Source: Candidatus Poseidoniaceae archaeon (GTDB lineage: Archaea > Thermoplasmatota > Poseidoniia > Poseidoniales > Poseidoniaceae). Taken from it: 64,000 nt of DNA. The DNA is taken from positions 18,300-82,299 of the forward strand of contig JASLKG010000003.1 of the NCBI GenBank assembly GCA_030747695.1, read 5' to 3'. Below are positions 1 through 8,849 of the stretch, piece by piece. Under the pieces are notes generated by a model, which was not told the origin of the DNA, searched no databases, and saw nothing but the letters and a program-made list of their open reading frames with translations. A program made the translations under genes and the position numbers. Position 1 is the first letter of the stretch. Every line of letters starts with the position of its first letter.

Positions 1-1047
1 TTGATTGATGTGTTGACATTAACAGTAGATTTGGACATTCGTTCCCATTACATCTATGGGAGGTATCGTAAACTTGAACGAGGGATTCCACAGACAAAAT
101 GGCCTTGTCGCTCATGCAAAGGTCGCGGGTGTATGAAATGTGATCAGACAGGTATGCAATATCCTAATTCGGTTCAAGGTCTCATTGGGGACCCTTTATT
201 GGACCTATTTGGTAGCAAAGAACATGCTTTCCATGGAATGGGCCGAGAAGATATCGATGTTAGATGCTTAGGGCGAGGAAGGCCTTTTGTTATTGAAATG
301 AAACAACCTATCAAACGTGATATCGAAGGTCAATTATTGATGGATACAATAAACAAAGAAGCAAGTGGAAGTATAGAAGTTACAAATATGCGTCCTTCAA
401 ATCGTAGCGAAGTAGTGCGTGTGAAGGACACACCCGCTGAAAAATCCTATACCATACGATTCAAAATAAACCCCATAACGCAAGAGGAAATGGATACTCT
501 TACACAGGTTATGGAAATTCCAAAACAACGTGGAAGACAAGGGAGAAGAAGAAGGCAAAGACACCCCAACAATCAGGTAGTAGAAGAAAAACCTAACACC
601 GAAGAATTGACAAAATTAAAAAAAGCGGACTTGGTCTCAATATGCGAAGAAAAAGGACTCAAAAAATCAGGAACAAAAGAAGTATTGATTGAAAGAATTA
701 GTAATGCTAAACCAAAAACTCTTGAAATGCCAAATGAAGACAAAGTAATGGAAATTATGACTAAATTACAAGGGTGTACTCTAGCTCAAAGAACCCCGGA
801 AAGAGTCGCACATCGTAGAGCTGACAAAATACGTAAACGCAAGGTCGTAGAAACCAGTGAAGCAATAATTGGTTATGATGATCAAGGAAATATGTTTGGA
901 CAATTCAACCTACGATGTGAATCTGGAACTTATGTTAAAGAAACAATTCACGGAGATAATGGAAGAACACAACCATCAATTGCATCATTAATTGGTGCAA
1001 AATGTGTCGTCGAATGGCTTGATGTCGCTGATATTCACGCTGATTAA
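1..1047 (+). CDS. pus10: tRNA pseudouridine synthase Pus10, partial (5' end outside window), with an internal Arg-rich + SAP-motif insertion
   Basis: Has the Zn-ribbon CRSCKGRGCMKC, the GREDIDVRCLGRGRPFVIE motif and QRTPERVAHRRAD, all typical of archaeal Pus10. The frame is open from base 1. It sits upstream of rpl21e as in other archaea. Confidence 0.85.
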   Translation: MIDVLTLTVDLDIRSHYIYGRYRKLERGIPQTKWPCRSCKGRGCMKCDQTGMQYPNSVQGLIGDPLLDLFGSKEHAFHGMGREDIDVRCLGRGRPFVIEMKQPIKRDIEGQLLMDTINKEASGSIEVTNMRPSNRSEVVRVKDTPAEKSYTIRFKINPITQEEMDTLTQVMEIPKQRGRQGRRRRQRHPNNQVVEEKPNTEELTKLKKADLVSICEEKGLKKSGTKEVLIERISNAKPKTLEMPNEDKVMEIMTKLQGCTLAQRTPERVAHRRADKIRKRKVVETSEAIIGYDDQGNMFGQFNLRCESGTYVKETIHGDNGRTQPSIASLIGAKCVVEWLDVADIHAD

Positions 1048-1059
1048 CGCGTCGCGGGT

Positions 1060-1067
1060 CTTATATG
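1060..1067 (+). promoter_or_regulatory. Candidate TATA box (CTTATATG) for rpl21e-rpoF transcription
   Basis: AT-rich octamer inside an otherwise GC-rich 88-nt gap, about 70 nt upstream of the rpl21e ATG. Position only. Confidence 0.25.
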
Positions 1068-1135
1068 GGCCGGGTAGGTCGGCGAAATGCTCCGAAGTGT
1101 CTTATGACACGTGGAGAAAAATGGAGGCGAACAAT

Positions 1136-1426
1136 ATGAAGCGATCCAAAGGACAGCGCCAAGGCACTCGTACAATACTACGTCGAGGCCGTCACGAGCG
1201 TAGTCGTCTCAACATTAATCGTGTCATACATGACTATTCAGAGGGAGACCGCGTGGCTATTGTACTAGACGGCGGCCAACAAAGAGGCATGCCCCATCGC
1301 CGTTTCCAAGGTAGAACTGGATTTATTCAAAATAGACAAGGTGCAGCATGGGTTGTATCTGTTAAAGATGGTAACATGATGAAGACTGTTGTTGCAAGGC
1401 CAGAACATCTTCGCCCATTGGAGTGA
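1136..1426 (+). CDS. rpl21e: 50S ribosomal protein L21e
   Basis: MKRSKGQRQGTR...GMPHRRFQGRTG...VKDGNMMKTVVARPEHLRPLE matches the L21e pattern. GGAGG at 1123-1127 favours the ATG at 1136 over the upstream end of the 992 ORF. Confidence 0.9.
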   Translation: MKRSKGQRQGTRTILRRGRHERSRLNINRVIHDYSEGDRVAIVLDGGQQRGMPHRRFQGRTGFIQNRQGAAWVVSVKDGNMMKTVVARPEHLRPLE

Positions 1427-1431
1427 TTATT

Positions 1432-1785
1432 ATGAGTGATGATGGAATTTTTACAGATTTTTCTACTGTACGTGATTTACTTCTAAATGCACAAGAGCGT
1501 CGTGGTTTCTTAACTTATGAACAGAAAGCAGCACTTCAGCATGCAGAATGGGCATCTAGTGACAATCGCAATGGAATAAAGACAGAACCGGGCGTATTCA
1601 CTGATATGTTTACACAGATTATGGAGATAGAAATTTTCCAAAAATATCCAGAACTAGCTGCAAAACTTGCAGAACTTATGCCAAGGCATGCGGATGATGT
1701 ACGTGCAGTTATTGCTAGTAGGCGCATCTCAATTGATGCAGAAGACATCGAGTCTGTACTCGATATAGTCAAAAAGAATGTTTGA
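1432..1785 (+). CDS. rpoF: DNA-directed RNA polymerase subunit Rpo4 (RpoF)
   Basis: About 117 aa with the pattern TYEQKAALQHAE...AAKLAELMP...DVRAV, resembling archaeal RpoF. Conserved position between rpl21e and the DUF655 gene. SD GGAGTGAT at 1420-1427. Confidence 0.75.
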   Translation: MSDDGIFTDFSTVRDLLLNAQERRGFLTYEQKAALQHAEWASSDNRNGIKTEPGVFTDMFTQIMEIEIFQKYPELAAKLAELMPRHADDVRAVIASRRISIDAEDIESVLDIVKKNV

Positions 1786-1806
1786 AAATAACGTTGGTGT
1801 TCCAAC

Positions 1807-2397
1807 ATGCGTAACGACCGCCGACGAGTAAATAGTGCCGGAGATAAGCAGGATCCTCTGGAATCTGTTGAGTGGTGTCGAGTAATTGATCATCCGGAAG
1901 TTGGCGATGCTTTGGTTGTTGTAACAGAGCCAGCAATGCACGTAATACGTCTAAAGCCCAAACCAAATACAACCTTACAAGCAGTTGGTGAAAGATTGTA
2001 CATGGGAACTGAAGAATCAAAGCGCGAAATAGTGCAAGAAATACTTGGATTTGCACGGATACGCGATTTGTCTTCTAGAGCATTTACTGAATTGCCGGTT
2101 GTAATACAAAAAATGATTGAAGACGACCCAGATGTTTTTGTAAATCAGTTCTTTAATCGTGCAGGAAATCTTTCATTGAAGATGCATGCCTTTGAATTAC
2201 TACAAGGAGTTGGTAACAAAAAGGCAATGGAAATGGTTGCAAAAAGAGGCCGATCAGGTTGGGAAAATTTTGAACAACTCAATGCGGAATGTGGTATTAA
2301 TGGTCCAGAATTGCTTGCCGCACGCTTTGTTATGGAGATAAATGATCGAGGCCTTCAGCCACGATTAATCGATCTTTTGTTACGAAAGGATGAGTGA
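1807..2397 (+). CDS. DUF655 / COG1491 predicted nucleic-acid-binding protein (OB fold + HhH)
   Basis: Motifs FVNQFFNRAG, HAFELLQGVGNKKA and PRLIDLL. Conserved archaeal position between rpoF and ksgA. Confidence 0.75.
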   Translation: MRNDRRRVNSAGDKQDPLESVEWCRVIDHPEVGDALVVVTEPAMHVIRLKPKPNTTLQAVGERLYMGTEESKREIVQEILGFARIRDLSSRAFTELPVVIQKMIEDDPDVFVNQFFNRAGNLSLKMHAFELLQGVGNKKAMEMVAKRGRSGWENFEQLNAECGINGPELLAARFVMEINDRGLQPRLIDLLLRKDE

Positions 2398-2402
2398 GTA
2401 GT

Positions 2403-3233
2403 ATGAGGGGTGCAAAGGCACTCATTGACCGCTTAAGGTCAACGCAATCAGCCGATAAGAGCCTAGGTCAACATTACCTACACGACGAGGATGTGTTAGA
2501 TGAAATACTCAAATTAGCTGAACTTAATTCTGAAGATATAGTCCTAGAAATAGGCCCAGGACCTGGGGTATTAACTGAACGAATTCTGAATAGTGAAGCA
2601 AAACTAACTGCAATAGAACTCGATTCTGGTACCTGTGAATTTTTATCAAATATCTTTGATGATTTAGATTTGATCAAAGGAGATGCACTTAGAGTAAATT
2701 GGCCTAAAGCTAACAAATTTGTTGCCAATATACCTTACCAAATATCATCACCATTAATTGATATTATCACAAGAGAAACATCGATTAAGACAGTAGTAAT
2801 TCTCGTTCAAGAAGAATTCGCGGAACGCTTAGTAGTTGATTGCATTGCAGACAGAGGTAGTTTGGGTATGTCTACTAAACTTGATTGGAAAGCTAGTATG
2901 GAAAGACGAGTTGGACCACATTGTTTCGCTCCTTCTCCAAAGGTAAATTCTAGGCTAGTAAAATTGACTAGAATTACACCTCCGCCAAATTCAAAATTGA
3001 CAAAAATGCTCATCCGCCAAAGTTTTGAACAACGTAGGAAAAAATTACGCAACACATTATCTCGTGCGCCAAAGCGTATCAATCGAGTAACAGGATGGCA
3101 TTCTAAATTATATGGCGAAGCAATAAAACAGGTAAATCCAAACATTCTTGATTTGCGCCCAGAAGATCTTGAAATTGAAGATTGGTTACAAATTACTACT
3201 GAATTAGAGAGAGCCCGCCAATCGATGGGTTGA
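2403..3233 (+). CDS. rsmA: 16S rRNA (adenine1518/1519-N6)-dimethyltransferase KsgA/Dim1
   Basis: LGQHYLHD, the SAM motif VLEIGPGPGVLT and NIPYQISSP. An alternative GTG start lies at 2394. Confidence 0.9.
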   Translation: MRGAKALIDRLRSTQSADKSLGQHYLHDEDVLDEILKLAELNSEDIVLEIGPGPGVLTERILNSEAKLTAIELDSGTCEFLSNIFDDLDLIKGDALRVNWPKANKFVANIPYQISSPLIDIITRETSIKTVVILVQEEFAERLVVDCIADRGSLGMSTKLDWKASMERRVGPHCFAPSPKVNSRLVKLTRITPPPNSKLTKMLIRQSFEQRRKKLRNTLSRAPKRINRVTGWHSKLYGEAIKQVNPNILDLRPEDLEIEDWLQITTELERARQSMG

Positions 3234-3275
3234 CATTCAACCGCCACCTCGGCCTGTCTCGTCGGAGGGGTGCAC

Positions 3276-4364
3276 ATGGCGAAGAAAGATACCTATCTTG
3301 CTCTATTACGTCGAGGAATTGACGAAACAACCGCTATGCAGTTAGCCGATGCTGGAATAAAGATTGGCGATTTAAAGAAAATCGATAAATCCCAATTAAC
3401 AGAAAACTATGGCTTAAAGCCAGATATTGCAGATGGAGTATTAGAAATAATTTCTGCAGGCCACCAATCACATGGAAAAGAGCGTTATTTGTCTAAGGTT
3501 CTGTCTCCACAGAGAAAACCAGATTCAAAAATCGAAGAATTGAAATTTAAGAGAAAACAAAAAGACGTTTTGGCAGAACTTGCAGAACAAAAAGAACGCC
3601 TAAAAATCGCTAAAGTTGAAGCATTTAGGGCGAAAAAGCTAGTTATGAACCGTCTTGGGAAAACAGTTGAATTAATTGTGAAACTGGAAAATAATCTTGA
3701 TGATGAAGGTAAAGATGACCAGAAGGTAAAGATCCGCGACCAACTTGAGACCCGAGGATTGGAAGCTGCACGTGATCATGAAATGCTTGAACTTGAGGGC
3801 ACTCCTCAAGACATAGTTGATTTCCGCAGGAAGATAGTTCCGAAATTAATACTACATGCATGTCCAGGGTGTAATGAAGAAATGGACCCACGTTCTAGTC
3901 GCAATCCAGAAGATCCAGAAAATTGGTCATTCATCTGTTGGGAATGTGAAACAATATTCATGCCAGGATTGGCCACTACTGTTGATAGTATAATGGCCAA
4001 TGGAGGTCGAATCACAATCGATCCTGAAGCGCGCCCTCGAAACCCAGTCCCTCCAAAACCCGCCCGTCAAGATTATTCAACGATTAATGAATTAATCAAG
4101 GCGGATTTGAAAAAGACTGGGGCAGATGCAGATACAATGACTGTCGCAGCCGAACAATCAGTGTTGACTAGTGGCTTAATGAGTATTGATGATTGGATAG
4201 ATCAAACACTTGCTGCTAAAGGGTATATACAAGCACAAGAGGATAGAGAAGATTTCATTCTAAGAACAGGTGCGGGTGCTACTAAATTCAACAAGTGGAT
4301 GAAGAAAGCAGGATTATATTTCAATAAGCAAACTGGACGTTGGTCTCGCTGGGAAGATAGATGA
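3276..4364 (+). CDS. Hypothetical protein with N-terminal HhH-like motif, Lys/Glu-rich predicted coiled-coil segment and CPGC...CWEC zinc ribbon
   Basis: Long ORF with SD GGAGGGGTG at 3264-3272 before the ATG at 3276. Contains CPGCNEEMD...FICWECETIF. No family recognised. Confidence 0.6.
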   Translation: MAKKDTYLALLRRGIDETTAMQLADAGIKIGDLKKIDKSQLTENYGLKPDIADGVLEIISAGHQSHGKERYLSKVLSPQRKPDSKIEELKFKRKQKDVLAELAEQKERLKIAKVEAFRAKKLVMNRLGKTVELIVKLENNLDDEGKDDQKVKIRDQLETRGLEAARDHEMLELEGTPQDIVDFRRKIVPKLILHACPGCNEEMDPRSSRNPEDPENWSFICWECETIFMPGLATTVDSIMANGGRITIDPEARPRNPVPPKPARQDYSTINELIKADLKKTGADADTMTVAAEQSVLTSGLMSIDDWIDQTLAAKGYIQAQEDREDFILRTGAGATKFNKWMKKAGLYFNKQTGRWSRWEDR

Positions 4365-4374
4365 GGTGCCATAT

Positions 4375-4662
4375 ATGAGCCTCGTACGTTTTTTACGAGG
4401 CTCTAAATTGCTTGGTCAATGTAAAACAATACCTGGTGAAACAATTGTGGAACACGCAATTATTGCTGGTATAGAAATCCCTACAAATTGTACAAGTGGT
4501 AATTGTGGGACATGTATGATTACACTTTTGTCGGGTAAAATCAGTCTTCCAGAACCCCTTACGCCAGGCTTAGATGAGGAAATAATATCCGAAGGAGCAA
4601 GACTTGGATGTATTGGAGTTCCAACAGGCGATGTAGACGTAGATCTCTTACCCCCAATTTGA
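4375..4662 (+). CDS. Plant-type [2Fe-2S] ferredoxin-like protein
   Basis: Cys pattern CTSGNCGTC...GARLGC (C-x4-C-x2-C...C). SD GAGGTG 6 nt before the ATG at 4375. The ORF track begins at GTG 4366. Confidence 0.75.
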   Translation: MSLVRFLRGSKLLGQCKTIPGETIVEHAIIAGIEIPTNCTSGNCGTCMITLLSGKISLPEPLTPGLDEEIISEGARLGCIGVPTGDVDVDLLPPI

Positions 4663-4671
4663 AGTGATTTC

Positions 4672-4830
4672 ATGTCTATACCTGCTGAAATTTGGATATT
4701 GAATATCGTTGGAGTTGGTGCAATTGCATGGTTTCTTACTTGGCGAATACGTTCGAAATTGAAAGAAGTCGAGGAGCGCCACGTGATGAGCGGAATAAGG
4801 CATAGAAAGCAATTGGACGAATCAGAATAA
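4672..4830 (+). CDS. Possible 52-aa single-pass membrane protein (below ORF-track size cut-off)
   Basis: My translation is MSIPAEIWILNIVGVGAIAWFLTWRIRSKLKEVEERHVMSGIRHRKQLDESE. It has one hydrophobic helix followed by a basic tail and fills the gap between the ferredoxin gene and corA. Confidence 0.35.
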   Translation: MSIPAEIWILNIVGVGAIAWFLTWRIRSKLKEVEERHVMSGIRHRKQLDESE

Positions 4831-4869
4831 TGCCCTAAACTCATATGGCTGAAAGGTTGAGGAGTCAAT

Positions 4870-5859
4870 ATGGCCGAGATTCGACTTCAGACTACCGGCG
4901 AAGGTGTAGTACCTTCGTCAGAATTCAATCTAAATGGCCTTGTGGATTCTGTTAAAGGAAAAGGTTCAGCTTGGTTAGATATACTACGCCCAGATGATGA
5001 GATAAAGGAATTCTTAGAGGAAATAGGTATTGATGAGTTAGCAATTGAAGATATTTTTGGCCATGCAAGTAACACAGTACAACGTTTTGAAAACCATCGT
5101 TTCATAGTTCTGAGGGCGCGAGATGCAGATAACCGTTTAGATACTGAACCAGTGGCAATTATTCTGAGAGACAACCTAATCATAACTGTACGCGGGACTA
5201 GGATTCCAGCACTTGATGTATTCAGTCGTCGTATGAAGTCAGCAGACAAAAAGGAAGTAGAACTTGGCATAGATTTCTTGTTGTATGAATTATTAGATTC
5301 AATTGCAGATGATTGGATACCTATTTTGTCAAAATATTCCAATAGATTAGATGATCTTGAATATCAAGTATTTGATCCAACAAAGTCCTATGAAGGACTT
5401 CTTGAAAATTTACATGATTTGAAACGCTTGTTACGTGAAGCGTCAAAATCAATCGAATCATTACAAAGCTCTTGCATGCGTTTGTTGAAGTCTGGAGAGA
5501 GAATGGTTGATGAAGATACATTATCTTTGTTTACCGATTTACAACAACTTTCTACAACACTTGTGAAGCGATGTGTTGCATATTCAGCTGGCGCAACCAG
5601 TACCCGTGACACATATCTTTCTTACATCAATATGGATTTAGTAAGATCAAATGCTAAACTGACTGAAGTAATGACGACTCTTACGATAATTGGTGCAATA
5701 ATGTTACCACTTACTTTGATTGCTGGTATATTTGGAATGAATACTGAATTGCCTGCACAACTTAGTGAGATTGGTGGATTTTGGACAATAATGTTTGGAA
5801 TGTTAGGCTTTAGTGTAATGATGTTATTGTGGTTCAAACGTAAAGGCTGGCTTGGTTGA
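4870..5859 (+). CDS. corA: Mg2+/Co2+ transporter CorA
   Basis: Two C-terminal TM helices with the GMN signature (IAGIFGMNTELP). Size is typical. SD GAGGAG upstream. Confidence 0.9.
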   Translation: MAEIRLQTTGEGVVPSSEFNLNGLVDSVKGKGSAWLDILRPDDEIKEFLEEIGIDELAIEDIFGHASNTVQRFENHRFIVLRARDADNRLDTEPVAIILRDNLIITVRGTRIPALDVFSRRMKSADKKEVELGIDFLLYELLDSIADDWIPILSKYSNRLDDLEYQVFDPTKSYEGLLENLHDLKRLLREASKSIESLQSSCMRLLKSGERMVDEDTLSLFTDLQQLSTTLVKRCVAYSAGATSTRDTYLSYINMDLVRSNAKLTEVMTTLTIIGAIMLPLTLIAGIFGMNTELPAQLSEIGGFWTIMFGMLGFSVMMLLWFKRKGWLG

Positions 5860-5873
5860 ATACGAACAGAAAT

Positions 5874-6671
5874 CTAAGCATTTGCCCTAAATTTCATCCA
5901 ATAATAAATTGGTAGAGACCAAAATATAATGGCGCCGAACCAGGAAATTATACTGCCAACAATCATTCCATATGCTGGCAAACTCCACATTGCAATCAAA
6001 GAATACACTGAAACTGATGCGCCTCCAAGCATCATAGGACCTGCGGCCCCAATAGGCACTTCATGCCCCTGAGCAAGCCATAATGCAACCATCGAAGTCA
6101 AAAATATTGCAGGGAAAACAGCAGCAAGACCAGCAAGTAGTGGCATATCTAAACTCGCTAGCCAAACCCCAATACCAATTGCAATTGCCGCAGCTAATCC
6201 CCTGGTCAGTAATATGGTGGTTGAAACTTTATTTTTACCAGAGGGAGTTGGCCTTGGATTCCAATTGAACCAGATGCCCAAACCCGCCAATATGACTAGA
6301 CCTATGCAACCTAATTGCCAATCTGCAATTATGTTCAAACTCAATTCAGCAATTTTGACAATAAATAAACCAACTACTGTCCATATTAGTAGAGAAATGA
6401 TGGTTGTAAGTGGTAATGTAGTATTATACTTAGTTGGTATAACAATCCAGCATAAGAGGAAAATCCCATTTAATAGCATACCTAGTGGTATAATTGAAAG
6501 AGCAATACCCAAGTCATCCCCTTCGATCATAATGCCTATTGCTGCAGGGATTATTGTTGTTGGAACAGTTCCAAGTATTCCTCCAATTAAACCACCCCAC
6601 CTCTCAATTGCAACAGTTACCAATATGGCAACTAAACCTGCAAACAAAGCAGAAAACAATATTGATAGCAT
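5874..6671 (-). CDS. Polytopic membrane protein, possibly a tandem duplication of a DUF3147-like unit
   Basis: About 8 hydrophobic segments. IERWGGLIGGILGTVPTT in the first half recurs loosely in the second half. Its start overlaps the upstream stop (TAATG). Confidence 0.55.
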   Translation of the reverse strand: MLSILFSALFAGLVAILVTVAIERWGGLIGGILGTVPTTIIPAAIGIMIEGDDLGIALSIIPLGMLLNGIFLLCWIVIPTKYNTTLPLTTIISLLIWTVVGLFIVKIAELSLNIIADWQLGCIGLVILAGLGIWFNWNPRPTPSGKNKVSTTILLTRGLAAAIAIGIGVWLASLDMPLLAGLAAVFPAIFLTSMVALWLAQGHEVPIGAAGPMMLGGASVSVYSLIAMWSLPAYGMIVGSIISWFGAIIFWSLPIYYWMKFRANA

Positions 6672-6988
6672 TAGATAAATCGATTTAATCGATTTTGCAG
6701 TCTTTCAAGGCCGCCGCCTGCCCATGATTTCATAATTTCACCATTTATGTATAGAGTATTAAAGGGCAGAGCATCGACATTTGCAACCCATTCATTTGCA
6801 ATTTTAAATCGTCCAAAACCAGGAGCGTCCAGCATTATTTTCCCAATTCTGACACCATCAGGGATTTGAAAATGGCTAAGTTTCTCACTCCATTTTTCAC
6901 ATGCTGCACAACCAGCTTTCCCTAATACTAAAACAGCAATAGGGGCATTAAGAAATTCTTCCCAATCTTTTGGGCCAAGTATTTCCAT
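6671..6988 (-). CDS. Thioredoxin-fold protein (CxxC)
   Basis: LVLGKAGCAACEKW in a 105-aa protein, sitting between the peroxiredoxin and membrane protein genes. Confidence 0.7.
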   Translation of the reverse strand: MEILGPKDWEEFLNAPIAVLVLGKAGCAACEKWSEKLSHFQIPDGVRIGKIMLDAPGFGRFKIANEWVANVDALPFNTLYINGEIMKSWAGGGLERLQNRLNRFI

Positions 6989-7001
6989 GCAATTTCACCA
7001 A

Positions 7002-7529
7002 TCAAGCTGCGTATTGGTCTCCCTTTTTCCAATCTGCGCCACAAAGTCCACCAGCCATTGTTGCTTGTGCAGTGCGCAAAACTTCTGCAGGAGATCTTCC
7101 AGCATCCATGTTATTTATTGACCACATCTGTACATTTCCTTCATCATCGACCAGTACAGTTCCACGGAAACTACATCCTAGTTCTTTATTGCGCATTCCA
7201 AAATGCTTGGATATCTTTTGAGTGCAATCTGCGATCACGTGGTGATTGACACCGCCTGGGAAAATATCCTCATCTTTGAACCATGCATTATGTGAATGCC
7301 ATGAATCAGTTGAGCATCCAATTACAGTAATCCCATCATCTTCAAAATCTTCTTTCAAATTTTCGAATCCTACAATTTCAGTTGGGCAAATAAATGTGAA
7401 ATCAAAGGGATACCAGTAAATCAAATACCATTTTCCTTTCAAATCTTCACTGCTAAGATTTTTGCTTTCTCCACTAATGTAAGTTCTTGCTGTCCATTCC
7501 GGCGCAGGTTTTCCAATCATGTTGTCCAT
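7002..7529 (-). CDS. Typical 2-Cys peroxiredoxin (AhpC/Prx1 family)
   Basis: Peroxidatic motif FDFTFICPTEI and resolving-Cys region GGLCGADWKKG. GAGGA precedes the ATG at 7529. The ORF extends to 7541. Confidence 0.9.
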   Translation of the reverse strand: MDNMIGKPAPEWTARTYISGESKNLSSEDLKGKWYLIYWYPFDFTFICPTEIVGFENLKEDFEDDGITVIGCSTDSWHSHNAWFKDEDIFPGGVNHHVIADCTQKISKHFGMRNKELGCSFRGTVLVDDEGNVQMWSINNMDAGRSPAEVLRTAQATMAGGLCGADWKKGDQYAA

Positions 7530-7599
7530 GGGTATCCTCATGTCGGTCGAAAAGGAACCACATTATGAATATGTTTGCTAAATTATAGGAATTAAATTT

Positions 7600-8457
7600 T
7601 CATAATCCTACATCATTTAGGGCTTTTAGGGCATCTTCTTGGAATTCATCTAATCCTTCGTTTTCTATAAGAATAAATTCAATATCGATATCTTTTACTC
7701 GTTGTCTATCACCAACTTGAGATAAAGGAGGTATTGTGATTTTACCCTTTACGCCAGAGGGTAAAGTTACAGTTACTTTACCACCAAGCATTAGGGTGGA
7801 ATATGCTACCTCGACTTCCTTTACAATACGGTTCCCATCCCATCTGCATCCTTCTCCCGGATCAACTCTAATATTAACGATTAAATCCCCATTTACTCCT
7901 TGTGGGTGTCCATGACCTTGATCTTTCAAACGAATTTCTTTTCCATGTTTAGTTTCAGGTTTTACATTAATCTTTAATGTGCGATTTTTCCTATCTATGC
8001 TTCCATGCGACCCTGGTGTTAATTGAGTATATGAAATATTGAAATTGCCACCCTTTTTTGCCTCATTTACAGTCAAATCTAACCAAATCGAAGCGTTTTG
8101 ACCACGTTCTGTAGGCGGCCTTGGCTGATTCCTTGGCATACCACCTTGCCTCCCGCCAAAATTCATTCCACCTCCGAACATTTGTGAGAGAATATCATCC
8201 ATATTCATTCCACCTGGCATACCGCCTCCGAATCCCCCTCCAAACATTTGTTCTTGTTCGTGCTTTCTACGTGCTTCAGCACTTCCAATGGCTTCGTATG
8301 CAGCTTGGACTTCTTTGAATTTCATTTCCGCTTGGGGAGAACCATCATTCCGATCAGGATGAAATTGTCTTGCTAACTTGCGAAAAGCCTTCTTTATTTC
8401 CGCATCACTAGCCCCGCGTGACACACCGAGAACCTGATATGGGTCTTTGGCCGCCAT
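7600..8457 (-). CDS. J-domain co-chaperone, class II (CbpA/DnaJ-like, no zinc-finger domain)
   Basis: DPYQVLGV...HPDRN J-domain, a G/F/M-rich linker and a C-terminal beta domain. No CxxCxGxG repeats. Likely start is MAAKDPYQ at 8457; the ORF extends to 8547. Confidence 0.85.
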   Translation of the reverse strand: MAAKDPYQVLGVSRGASDAEIKKAFRKLARQFHPDRNDGSPQAEMKFKEVQAAYEAIGSAEARRKHEQEQMFGGGFGGGMPGGMNMDDILSQMFGGGMNFGGRQGGMPRNQPRPPTERGQNASIWLDLTVNEAKKGGNFNISYTQLTPGSHGSIDRKNRTLKINVKPETKHGKEIRLKDQGHGHPQGVNGDLIVNIRVDPGEGCRWDGNRIVKEVEVAYSTLMLGGKVTVTLPSGVKGKITIPPLSQVGDRQRVKDIDIEFILIENEGLDEFQEDALKALNDVGL

Positions 8458-8567
8458 AGTGTTATCGAGGCATAGGAATGCTTTGAACCAGTCGGATATC
8501 AGATTCTTTTCTGCCGATTGGGTTAAATGAGGGCCATAAGTCGCCAAGACACCCCTGAGGTGAAACC

Positions 8568-8837
8568 ATGTCAGATGAAGAGAACCAAATCCACCCTATT
8601 GAAGCGAAAGCTAAGGATTGGCAAGACGGGCTAGAATCCTGGATGAGAGGCGTAGATCGTCGTTTAGGCTGGTCTCGTATTCTACGAATGGCTAGAAAAC
8701 CAACTCCTCAGGAGTTTAAGCAGACTAGTATTATTTGTGGAATCGGTTTGTTTGTTCTAGGATTTATTGGATTTGTTATATTGATTGTTATGGACGATTT
8801 TATTCCATGGCTGATACATGATGTATTCGGAATTTGA
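8568..8837 (+). CDS. secE: Preprotein translocase subunit SecE (Sec61 gamma)
   Basis: [13 protein letters not shown] followed by a single TM helix. Conserved position directly upstream of spt5. SD GAGGTGA. Confidence 0.7.
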   Translation: MSDEENQIHPIEAKAKDWQDGLESWMRGVDRRLGWSRILRMARKPTPQEFKQTSIICGIGLFVLGFIGFVILIVMDDFIPWLIHDVFGI

Positions 8838-8849
8838 GGGGGTTAGAGG

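Noticed and set aside
6214-6678. A 154-aa plus-strand ORF. A similar case is 19433-19972, a 179-aa plus-strand ORF.
   Set aside because: Both are antisense shadows of hydrophobic membrane-protein genes (the DUF3147-like protein and MscS). The sense-strand products carry clear TM and family motifs.
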